16,246 bases of DNA from Nitrospinota bacterium (GTDB lineage: Bacteria; Nitrospinota; Nitrospinia; Nitrospinales; VA-1). The notes beneath the pieces were generated by a model. It did no database searches, was not told the origin of the DNA, and was given only the letters and a program-made list of their open reading frames with translations. The position numbers were made by a program, and so were the translations under genes. This document shows positions 7,632-15,558 of this stretch, in pieces; the first letter of the stretch is position 1, and each line of letters begins with the position of its first letter. The stretch is taken from positions 115,663-131,908 of the forward strand of contig JAYNIA010000004.1 of NCBI GenBank assembly GCA_038108555.1. The letters are read 5' to 3'.

Positions 7632-9833
7632 TCAATGACTGAGAAAGTTTCTCATCCATTCCGGCGCACCTTCACCGGAAACCACCTGAAAATCCGTGGG
7701 TTTTGGGTCTGGTAACGATTGACGGTCGACTTTTCCGTTCGCGGTTAAAGGCATTTTTTCCAACAATACCAACGCAGAAGGAACCATATAAGAGGGGAAT
7801 TTCTGGACGAGCGTTTTCAAGATACTTTCTGTTTCCAAGGTTACATCTTTAAATGGAACGAGGTAGGCAACCAGATAAGGTTGATCATTGGAATGCTTGT
7901 TCACTAAAACCGTGCAAGCCTGCACTCCATCACACCCATTTAGAACCGCTTCGATTTCTCCCGGCTCCACCCGGTAGCCACGGATTTTGACTTGAAAGTC
8001 AACGCGTCCTAAAAACTCCATATCGCCATTGGTCATATAGCGAGCACGATCCCCCGTGCGATAAATCATTTGTCCGGACTTAAAGGGATGAGGAACAAAT
8101 TTCTCCTTCGTCCTTTCTTCCTGATTTAAATATCCACGGGCAATACAAACTCCACCCAGACACATTTCACCAGGAACCCCAACAGGAACTGGATTTAAAA
8201 AAGGATCTAAAATGTAAATTTCAATATTCTCCAAAGGCTTGCCAATAGGGGGCCCCAAAGGACGGGGAGGTTCATCTGCGTTCGTCAAATACGCCGAGAC
8301 AGTAACGGTACCTTCTGCGGGACCATATCCGTTAAAAAAGTTTCTTCCCGGTGCCCATTTTTTTACATTCTCATTGGTACACCGTTCCCCAACCGCGATC
8401 ACGGTTTCCAGGGAATCCAATCCTTCCGAAGAAATCACGTTCAAAAGTGAAGGGGGAAGCAATGCCATGGTAATTTTTTCTTCCCTTAATGTTTTGGGTA
8501 ACGTCAGTAAAGAGAAAAGGGACTTTTTGGTTCCCAGACATAGAGTGCCCCCGGCTGCGAGTGCCATGAAAATTTCCCAAACCGCCACATCAAATCCAAA
8601 AGAAGAAAATTGCAACATCCGAGTTTTTCTATGAACCTTGAAATAGCGGTTTGAAGTATGCGTTAAATTTGCCAACCCGCCATGGGTCAATAGAATTCCC
8701 TTCGGCTTTCCTGTAGATCCGGATGTGAAAATGACATAGGACAGATTTTTTTCTGTCAGTTCAATTTCCGGAGGTGCCTCTGAAAAAGATTGAAATTCGG
8801 TCGGGTCTGAATCGAGACACAGGGTTTTTATTTCACCCACGTCGATTCTTGTTTTTAAATCAGACTGGGTTATTAAAATTGGGGAATTCATTTCATCCCA
8901 AATAGCCTGCAGTCGTTCATCGGGATAGGCTGGGTCTAAAGGTGCATAAGCACCCCCCGCTTTTAATATGGCAAGGATGCCGACAATACATTCAAAGGAA
9001 CGCGACATAAAAATCCTGACACAGACATCGGGACCCACATTGACCGTCTTAAGATAGTTCGCTAAACGATTGGCCCTTTGGTCCAACTCGGAATAAGTTA
9101 AAGTTTCCCCTGCAATTTCCACTGCCGGAGAATTTGGATTTTCTTTTGCAACCTTTTCGATCCAATGATGGATGATGCCATCCCCCGGAAGGCTGGCCTC
9201 GGTATCGTTCCATTGGGATACAATTTTTTCATGTTCCTCTTTAGAAAGTAGCGTCAAACTGGAAACGGGTTTTTCTGGTTCATCCATTCCACTTTGTAAA
9301 AGATTTACGAAATGGTCTGCTAATCGGGATAGCATTTCACCATCAAATAATTCGACACTGCACCCAATTGTTCCCGAAAATATTTTTTCCTTTTCCTTTA
9401 GGTTGATAACCAGGGCAGGTTCGGAGGTTTCCAGATCATCGGGTAAAACAACATTCCGTGACAGAACGGAAGGGTCCCATACATTCAGGATTATCTTGTA
9501 TAGCGGAGTCGACCCGGAGTCTTTCATCTCCAGGGCTTCGATTAGGGTTTCCTGTGAATACGAGTCCGAATCGGCAAGGACAAGGTTTTCTGTTGAAGCC
9601 AGAATTTGCTTAAAGGTCAGGGAGGAATCAATCCTGGAGATGTAATGGATTAGTTTGGGTGAAGAAAAACGGGGAGCGGTACGAGTTCCCAGAACAAATT
9701 CATTTTGGGAAGTGTAACGAAATATTAAAACTTGCAGAAGGGCAAACAAAACCTGAAACGGCGAGCAGTTTTGCTCCTTACAAAACGAATCAAACTTTTC
9801 TTTCAGGTCTTCAGGAATTTCAAAACCAAACAT
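7632..9833 (-). CDS. Stand-alone NRPS-like amino acid adenylation enzyme (truncated condensation domain plus A domain, no thiolation domain)
   Basis: A-domain cores present: LTYSEL, LKAGGAYAPLD, YVIFTSGSTGKPKG, FDVAVWE, NGYGPAE, GEMCLGG..ARGYL, YRTGD, GRVDFQVKIRGYRVEPGEIE, PSYMVP, NGKVDR. The first ~200 aa resemble the second half of a C domain (no HHxxxDG). No GGxS PCP motif. Confidence 0.9.
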   Translation of the reverse strand: MFGFEIPEDLKEKFDSFCKEQNCSPFQVLFALLQVLIFRYTSQNEFVLGTRTAPRFSSPKLIHYISRIDSSLTFKQILASTENLVLADSDSYSQETLIEALEMKDSGSTPLYKIILNVWDPSVLSRNVVLPDDLETSEPALVINLKEKEKIFSGTIGCSVELFDGEMLSRLADHFVNLLQSGMDEPEKPVSSLTLLSKEEHEKIVSQWNDTEASLPGDGIIHHWIEKVAKENPNSPAVEIAGETLTYSELDQRANRLANYLKTVNVGPDVCVRIFMSRSFECIVGILAILKAGGAYAPLDPAYPDERLQAIWDEMNSPILITQSDLKTRIDVGEIKTLCLDSDPTEFQSFSEAPPEIELTEKNLSYVIFTSGSTGKPKGILLTHGGLANLTHTSNRYFKVHRKTRMLQFSSFGFDVAVWEIFMALAAGGTLCLGTKKSLFSLLTLPKTLREEKITMALLPPSLLNVISSEGLDSLETVIAVGERCTNENVKKWAPGRNFFNGYGPAEGTVTVSAYLTNADEPPRPLGPPIGKPLENIEIYILDPFLNPVPVGVPGEMCLGGVCIARGYLNQEERTKEKFVPHPFKSGQMIYRTGDRARYMTNGDMEFLGRVDFQVKIRGYRVEPGEIEAVLNGCDGVQACTVLVNKHSNDQPYLVAYLVPFKDVTLETESILKTLVQKFPSYMVPSALVLLEKMPLTANGKVDRQSLPDPKPTDFQVVSGEGAPEWMRNFLSH

Positions 9834-9844
9834 ATAAGATTAGG

Positions 9845-10930
9845 CTAGGTAAACCTGCTGCCTTTTCCGGTGAGTTGTTTTTGTAGTAGAGAAACTTCCT
9901 TACCCTGACAATCCTCGATTCGGCCAATAACTTGCGATGGAAGATCGTGTTTTTTACAAATTTCAGCGATGGCTTCCACTTCTTTTTCACCCTCTACCAC
10001 CAGGCAAAATCCGGTCCCCATATTAAAGACTTCAAACATTTCGGCTTCACTCACCCCACCTCTATCCTGAATCAGATTAAAAACTTCATGCACCGGTTGC
10101 AAATTGTCTATGACAAAACGAATGTTGTCGCATTCCACACGGTTGAGATTGCAAAACCCGCCACTGGTGATATGAACCATTGCTTTAAGATCGATTCCTG
10201 AATCGAGCATTTCCATTACCGGTTTCACGTAAATTTTTGTGGGGATCAATAACGCCTCTCCCAATGTCTGATCCAAAAACTCTTCGTAATCATTGACCCG
10301 AGACTTTTGCTCTTCCAGAGTTTCTCCCAGTAAAACCCGACGGGCCAGGGTAAGTCCGTTCGAATGGACCCCACTCGATGCCAGTCCAACAATGAGATTA
10401 CCCGGCTTAATATTTTTTCCGGTATTGACCTTGTCGAGAGAAACATGGCCGATGCAGGCACCAATGAGGTCTATCCCCGAAATAATTTCTTTGATTTGGG
10501 AAATTTCTCCTCCGGATATACTGATATTAGATTGCCGGGCTCCTTCCGCCAACCCTTCACCCAACTGCTTGAACACCTCCGGGTCGGTGTGCGAACAGGC
10601 AATATAATCGACCATACTGACAGGACGGGCACCAACGCAAATAACGTCATTCACATTCATCGCCACGCAATCTATACCAATGGTGTCGTAACGATTGAGC
10701 ATTTCAGCAATCAGAATTTTGGTTCCCACACCATCCGTTCCGAAAGCAATTCCTTCACCATTGCCAAGGTCAATGACGTTTGCAAAATAACCTATATCCG
10801 CTGCAAGGGGATAACGGTCACTGAATTTTCGTGTGGGTAAAACATGGCTGAGTAATCCTGAAAGTGCCGTTTCCGCCCCTTGGCTTGATACTCCGCTCTG
10901 GTCGTATTGGGATTTTTCTGATTCGGTCAT
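9845..10930 (-). CDS. purM: Phosphoribosylformylglycinamidine cyclo-ligase (AIR synthetase), divergent
   Basis: YxxSGV, TDGVGTK, GIDCVAMNVND, DYIA, GGE, GLASSGVHSNG, PTKIYV, HITSGG and FNMGTG. Confidence 0.9.
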   Translation of the reverse strand: MTESEKSQYDQSGVSSQGAETALSGLLSHVLPTRKFSDRYPLAADIGYFANVIDLGNGEGIAFGTDGVGTKILIAEMLNRYDTIGIDCVAMNVNDVICVGARPVSMVDYIACSHTDPEVFKQLGEGLAEGARQSNISISGGEISQIKEIISGIDLIGACIGHVSLDKVNTGKNIKPGNLIVGLASSGVHSNGLTLARRVLLGETLEEQKSRVNDYEEFLDQTLGEALLIPTKIYVKPVMEMLDSGIDLKAMVHITSGGFCNLNRVECDNIRFVIDNLQPVHEVFNLIQDRGGVSEAEMFEVFNMGTGFCLVVEGEKEVEAIAEICKKHDLPSQVIGRIEDCQGKEVSLLQKQLTGKGSRFT

Positions 10931-10971
10931 AAAAACATTAAAAAGGTGAGTGTTTAAACATTTCGGCGGCT

Positions 10972-11000
10972 ATCATACCTTGGAGTCCTACCACAAGCAA
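10972..11000 (-). promoter_or_regulatory. Candidate sigma70 promoter for purM and downstream genes
   Basis: Minus strand TTGCTT (11000-10995), 17-nt spacer, TATGAT (10977-10972). Confidence 0.55.
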
Positions 11001-11075
11001 TTCCCTTTCCTACTTTAATTTAATTGATCCCTGAAAAGGTTCGTTTTTCCGGCATTAATAATTTCACCCAATATT

Positions 11076-11108
11076 TAAGTTTACACTTACGTAAGTTTAT
11101 ACTAAAAT
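11076..11108 (+). promoter_or_regulatory. Sigma70 promoter overlapped by tandem palindromic operator boxes (probable ArsR autoregulation site)
   Basis: TTTACA (11080-11085), 17 nt, TAAAAT (11103-11108). Boxes TAAGT-TTAC-ACTTA (11076-11089) and TAAGT-TTAT-ACTAA (11092-11105). Confidence 0.7.
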
Positions 11109-11114
11109 AGATTT

Positions 11115-11435
11115 ATGTTTGAAACCATACAGGCTCTGGCGGAACCCAATCGGTTCGCAATACTACAGTTACTGAAAAACTCTGAGTTATCTGCGGGGAA
11201 AATTGCAGACAACTTCAAGGACATCACTCGTCCAGCGGTTTCCCAACATCTGGGAGTTTTGAAAAATGCCGGACTCATTGTGGAACGAAGAGTCGGAACC
11301 AGCAGAATTTATCGCGTACAGCCAAAAGGGTTTTCAAAGCTCAAAACTCTATTAGAAGGTTTTTGGGACCCTAAACTGGAAAAACTTAAAATGGCGGCTG
11401 AAAAAGAGGAAAAGAAAAAAAGGAGAAAGTCATGA
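11115..11435 (+). CDS. ArsR/SmtB family transcriptional regulator
   Basis: ALAEPNRFAILQLL, SAGKIA, ITRPAVSQHLGVLKNAGLIVERRVG winged HTH. Confidence 0.93.
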   Translation: MFETIQALAEPNRFAILQLLKNSELSAGKIADNFKDITRPAVSQHLGVLKNAGLIVERRVGTSRIYRVQPKGFSKLKTLLEGFWDPKLEKLKMAAEKEEKKKRRKS

Positions 11436-11902
11436 CTGACTCGTTTGAATTGACACGTGAAATTTTTATAAACGCCCAACCTGAAACCGTATTTTCATTT
11501 TTAACGGAAGAATCAAAAATGAAGGAGTGGTATGGAGAAATTGTTGAATCTGATCCAAAACCAGGGGGAGTCTTTCGTGTTGCTAAAAAGGATGGAACCG
11601 CAGATTGCCGCGGCCACTATGTTGAAATCATTCCGAACAAAAAAGTAGTTTTTAACTGGGGAGGAATTGAAGGCCTTGAGCCGGATGAGTCTACTGTGGA
11701 AATTCTTTTAGAAGCAAAAGAAAGTGGAGGCACTCAATTAAAGCTGCGCCACTATAATGTACGTTTGAAATCAGCTGCGGATTCATTTGGACAGGGTTGG
11801 AAGGAGCACGCACTGCCTCTCCTCAAAATCGTGTCTGAAGGAGGAACTCCTGAGGGTCTTTGTTTCGAGTCGGGACATGAATGTGGACAGGAAACGTCCT
11901 AA
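11432..11902 (+). CDS. SRPBCC (AHSA1/START-like) domain protein
   Basis: REIFINAQPETVFSFLT..MKEW, DPKPGGVFR, GHYVEIIPNKKVVFNW, GTQLKLRH and GW. ATGA overlap with the ArsR gene; this pairing is common. Confidence 0.9.
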   Translation: MTDSFELTREIFINAQPETVFSFLTEESKMKEWYGEIVESDPKPGGVFRVAKKDGTADCRGHYVEIIPNKKVVFNWGGIEGLEPDESTVEILLEAKESGGTQLKLRHYNVRLKSAADSFGQGWKEHALPLLKIVSEGGTPEGLCFESGHECGQETS

Positions 11903-11918
11903 AGAATAAAAAAAACCG

Positions 11919-12308
11919 CTAAACCTTACTGAATTTATGCACATAAAAATCTGCAACATCTTTTATTGATAAAACGCCTTCCACATTTTCATTTTTTTTG
12001 ACGACTAAATGGCGAATGTTTTTGGTCTGCATTTTAAGAAAAGCTCTGACCATGGATTCTTCAATATCAATATAAAACATGTCTTTTGTCATTACCTTTG
12101 AAACGAGGGTACTGGCAGCAAAATCATTTTCTGCAACAACCTTTTTTAATAAATCAGTTTCTGTAAAAATTCCAACATAATGCTTCCCTTCTGTAACCAA
12201 AATAGACCCTACCTCATATTTTTTCATTCTTTTACAGGCTTCGTATACAGTCATTTTGGAACTGATGTGAATCACAGGTGATTTAAGAAAATCCTTGACC
12301 TTGTCCAT
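11919..12308 (-). CDS. CBS domain pair protein
   Basis: Two CBS repeats (VGSILV..YVGIFTETDL; IRHLVV..VEGVLSIKD). SD GGAGG upstream. Confidence 0.92.
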   Translation of the reverse strand: MDKVKDFLKSPVIHISSKMTVYEACKRMKKYEVGSILVTEGKHYVGIFTETDLLKKVVAENDFAASTLVSKVMTKDMFYIDIEESMVRAFLKMQTKNIRHLVVKKNENVEGVLSIKDVADFYVHKFSKV

Positions 12309-12375
12309 GATATGTCCTCCCCGAGACCTTTACCCTATCTATATATCCGATATCTTTTTGAATTCGATTATTCCC

Positions 12376-13854
12376 TTAAAAAGGTATTCTGGTTTTTACC
12401 ATTACAAAAACACAAATTGCAAGATTGACTGCCAGACCAATGATCCCTGAATGGATGCCGTTCACGCGGCTCCAACCCAATGCAATCAATATCATTGTTA
12501 CCGCAAGGCCAACTAACATCCCTGTTAAAACCGTGCGGGCGTTTAATGATCGGCTATGGACTCCAAGATAGATGGCCGGAACACATTGAATCAATAATTC
12601 AAACTTTATTTTCAGTAATTGAATTAAATTTCCCTCATAAGCCAATGCGGCCCATACCAAGGGCACCATCAAAACCCATGTGATGTACTTTCCAACCTGT
12701 GTTAGATGCGCCTGATCTGCATCGGGCCGAAACGTTTTGGAATAAATATCATGTGTGATCATCGAACTGATACTGAGCAAAGCTGAATCGGCCGTTGACA
12801 TCACTGCCGCCAATAAGGCCGCAAAGATAACCACCACCAGCCAGTAGCCGAATGCAGACTGTTGCATGATCTCCAGACACATTTGGGTCAACACCGTTTC
12901 AGAGGGGATGGGTCCACTTCCGGAAAACTTATTTTCCAAATCGGGAAGATGGGCTGCCATAAGCAAACCGATCATCACCGATACGAGAGCAGTTATCAAT
13001 GGCATGAAAGCCATGACCGCGAGGGACCGTTTTAAAGTACCAACATTTCTTGCAGCATACACTCTTTGAATCGCCTGGGGATAAATCGCGGCTCCCAATC
13101 CAACCAATAGTACAAAGCTCATCCAGTTTCTTGCACCATCGCCATCGGGAGGTTTGATTTTATGCAGGGTTGCCGGGTCGCTTGCCAGCTTTTGAATTGC
13201 ATCGGGGATGCTGCCAAACTGGGAAAATGCCAAACCCATGAGGATGATAAATCCGACCAGCAACATTCCTCCCTGTATGGCGTCGGTCCAGGCAACACTT
13301 CTCATTCCACCCAAAGATTCGTAAATCAACATGACCAGTGCGAGACCAATCACCCCCGCCCACATGGGAATTCTACCCTGCGAAATTCCTGCGAAAGCGG
13401 TTCCTAATGTACGCATTTGTGCCAAAGTGAAATTAGCCAACGCATAAATCATGATTACCGTTACTAGAATTCTTAAACCCTGGCTTTGATATCGATGAAA
13501 AATATAATCCCCGGGAGTCAGGAATTTATTTTCTCTGCTTAACCGGTAAAGCTGGGGAGCGAACAGCAAATAGCAGACAACAATTGCGGTCATAAAGTGA
13601 ACACAAACCAAAAAGCTCAGTCCATGTCTATAGGTTGCACCGCTGAACCCCAACAAGGTATTGCCGCTGTATTGTGTTGCATATAAGGTGAGAAAAAGAA
13701 CAGTAAAACCCAGGTTCCTTCCTGCCAGGAAAAAATCCTGCATATCGTCTTTTCGTCTTTGCTTGTAGGCATAAAAGCCAATTCCCAAAAGACTCAAAAC
13801 ATAAATGCCAACAATGATCAGGGCCCCCGGCCCAAATGGCAACGCTTCAATCAT
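12376..13854 (-). CDS. Sodium:solute symporter (SSS) family protein
   Basis: DFFLAGRNLG, ATQYSGNTLLG, YESLGGMRSVAWTDAIQG and AAVMSTADSALL, with many TM helices. Start moved to ATG 13854 (SD GGGAGAG, overlapping the upstream stop). Confidence 0.93.
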   Translation of the reverse strand: MIEALPFGPGALIIVGIYVLSLLGIGFYAYKQRRKDDMQDFFLAGRNLGFTVLFLTLYATQYSGNTLLGFSGATYRHGLSFLVCVHFMTAIVVCYLLFAPQLYRLSRENKFLTPGDYIFHRYQSQGLRILVTVIMIYALANFTLAQMRTLGTAFAGISQGRIPMWAGVIGLALVMLIYESLGGMRSVAWTDAIQGGMLLVGFIILMGLAFSQFGSIPDAIQKLASDPATLHKIKPPDGDGARNWMSFVLLVGLGAAIYPQAIQRVYAARNVGTLKRSLAVMAFMPLITALVSVMIGLLMAAHLPDLENKFSGSGPIPSETVLTQMCLEIMQQSAFGYWLVVVIFAALLAAVMSTADSALLSISSMITHDIYSKTFRPDADQAHLTQVGKYITWVLMVPLVWAALAYEGNLIQLLKIKFELLIQCVPAIYLGVHSRSLNARTVLTGMLVGLAVTMILIALGWSRVNGIHSGIIGLAVNLAICVFVMVKTRIPF

Positions 13855-14080
13855 TGGGCTCTCCCTGATCTTCCGGATCACGCCAGACCCGCAGAATTAC
13901 AAAGGCTATAAAAAAACTGATAAGGATACTTACGACTAGGGCGAACAAAGCCCAGGCTGGGATTCCCAGCCAGTTTCCGGTTAGCGGCCAAATGGGTGCC
14001 ATCGCCAAAAACAGGATAACAATTCCAGCTCCCACCCAGGGAACCCGAATGGGATCTTTAAAACTTTTCTGGTTTTTCAT
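13847..14080 (-). CDS. Small two-TM membrane protein, likely SSS accessory subunit (DUF3311/DUF997-like)
   Basis: Two hydrophobic helices with a PIWP...LGIPAWA loop. Overlaps the SSS start, the usual arrangement for these partners. Confidence 0.75.
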   Translation of the reverse strand: MKNQKSFKDPIRVPWVGAGIVILFLAMAPIWPLTGNWLGIPAWALFALVVSILISFFIAFVILRVWRDPEDQGEPND

Positions 14081-14139
14081 GGAATTAGGAAAGAATTAAA
14101 CCCTTTTTCTAAATTATACAAAAAGCTAGAATACACTTA

Positions 14140-15558
14140 ATGTTATTCAACTCCCTCACATTTTTAGTTTTCTTCGTAGTAATTTTAGGATTTCACTACA
14201 CCGTCTCCTCCTGGCGGGTTCAAAAGTCTATTCTGCTGATAGCCAGCTATATTTTTTACGCGGCCTGGAATCCTCCGTTCGTAATTTTACTATGGATTTC
14301 AACATTGGCAGACTGGTATGTGGCGAAAGCTCTGGCAATAGAAGAGGTGAGGGTAAAACGCCGGTTGCTTTTATCTGCCAGTCTTACGGTGAATCTTGGT
14401 TTGCTCGGGTTTTTTAAATACGGTGAATTTATTCTGGAAAATTTTGTCGAACTGGCCAGCCTTTGCGGCTTTTCTTATGTTCCCGCTAAGTGGGATATCA
14501 TTCTTCCCGTTGGAATTTCATTTTATACTTTTCAAACCCTCTCCTATACCCTGGACGTTTACTTTAAAAAAGCTGAACGCTGCCAATCGTTTCTTGACTT
14601 CGCACTTTATGTAACTTTTTTTCCACAGCTGGTTGCGGGACCCATTGTAAGAGCAACGGATTTTCTACCTCAATGCGAAGAGCCTAAACGTGCCACTCGC
14701 GATCAATTTGGCTGGGGACTCTATTTCATCACTCTGGGATTATTCCAAAAAGTGGTTCTTGCTGACGGAATGTTATCTTCCGCCTCCGACACCGTTTTCA
14801 ATTTTAAAGATGGTTCTATTTACTTTCTCGATGCATGGCTGGGACTCCTGGCTTTTTCTGCACAGATTTTTTGCGACTTCGCTGGCTACTCCACCTGCGC
14901 CATTGGCGTCGCTTTATGCCTTGGGTTTATTTTGCCGGACAACTTCCGTTCCCCTTATGCAGCGATTGGGTTTTCTGATTTCTGGCGCCGGTGGCATATC
15001 ACCCTTTCCAGTTGGTTACGCGATTACCTCTACATACCCCTGGGTGGGAACCGACATGGAACCTCACGCACCTTATTCAACCTTATGTTTACCATGTTCC
15101 TGGGTGGGCTTTGGCATGGTGCCTCATGGACGTTCATCGTATGGGGCCTGCTTCATGGGACTTATCTGGTCGTTGAACATTTGTTGAAACAAAAATTTCC
15201 CGACCTCAATTGGGTCAAATCGCTTGCGGGTCGATTTATTCTTACAGGTATTACTTTCATTCTCGTGAGTATTGCATGGATTTTTTTTCGAGCGGGAGAT
15301 TTTCCAACGGCTTGTATGATTTTGGGTTCTCTGATTAGTTTTTCAGGCGCACAAATTCTGCCGACCTTGGAAATCATCCAGGTTTCAGTTGTGGTTGGTA
15401 CGCTGCTTGGATCGCATTGGTATTTGCATGAAAAAAGGCTGGAGCACGCCATGCAGGATATGCCGGCATGGTGGGTGGTTGTCATTTGGACCACCATGTT
15501 ATTTGGAATAATTTTAATGCAGGGAGGGGCAAATGCCTTCATCTACTTCCAGTTTTAA
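14140..15558 (+). CDS. MBOAT family O-acyltransferase, AlgI/PatA-like
   Basis: MLFNS..FL.FF, ASYIFYAAW, LPVGISFYTFQ, FFPQLVAGPI, DFAGYS, NFRSPY, DFWRRWHITLSSWLRDYLYIPLGGNR, GLWHGA and terminal FIYFQF. Confidence 0.93.
   Translation: MLFNSLTFLVFFVVILGFHYTVSSWRVQKSILLIASYIFYAAWNPPFVILLWISTLADWYVAKALAIEEVRVKRRLLLSASLTVNLGLLGFFKYGEFILENFVELASLCGFSYVPAKWDIILPVGISFYTFQTLSYTLDVYFKKAERCQSFLDFALYVTFFPQLVAGPIVRATDFLPQCEEPKRATRDQFGWGLYFITLGLFQKVVLADGMLSSASDTVFNFKDGSIYFLDAWLGLLAFSAQIFCDFAGYSTCAIGVALCLGFILPDNFRSPYAAIGFSDFWRRWHITLSSWLRDYLYIPLGGNRHGTSRTLFNLMFTMFLGGLWHGASWTFIVWGLLHGTYLVVEHLLKQKFPDLNWVKSLAGRFILTGITFILVSIAWIFFRAGDFPTACMILGSLISFSGAQILPTLEIIQVSVVVGTLLGSHWYLHEKRLEHAMQDMPAWWVVVIWTTMLFGIILMQGGANAFIYFQF

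Noticed and set aside
2950..9833. Calling the cluster a canonical dltABCD operon or a conventional NRPS
   Set aside because: There is no dltD, the A-domain pocket is unlike DltA, extra enzymes are present, and there is no intact C, PCP or TE domain for peptide assembly.
13855..13881. Longer SSS start given by the ORF track (13881)
   Set aside because: ATG 13854 has an SD and a compact overlap with the upstream stop; the extra nine codons lie inside the upstream gene.
14081..14139. Divergent promoters (TAGAAT 14127-14132 on +, TATAAT 14118-14113 on -)
   Set aside because: Plausible -10 hexamers, but there is no convincing -35 and the gap is very AT-rich, so they are not listed as features.
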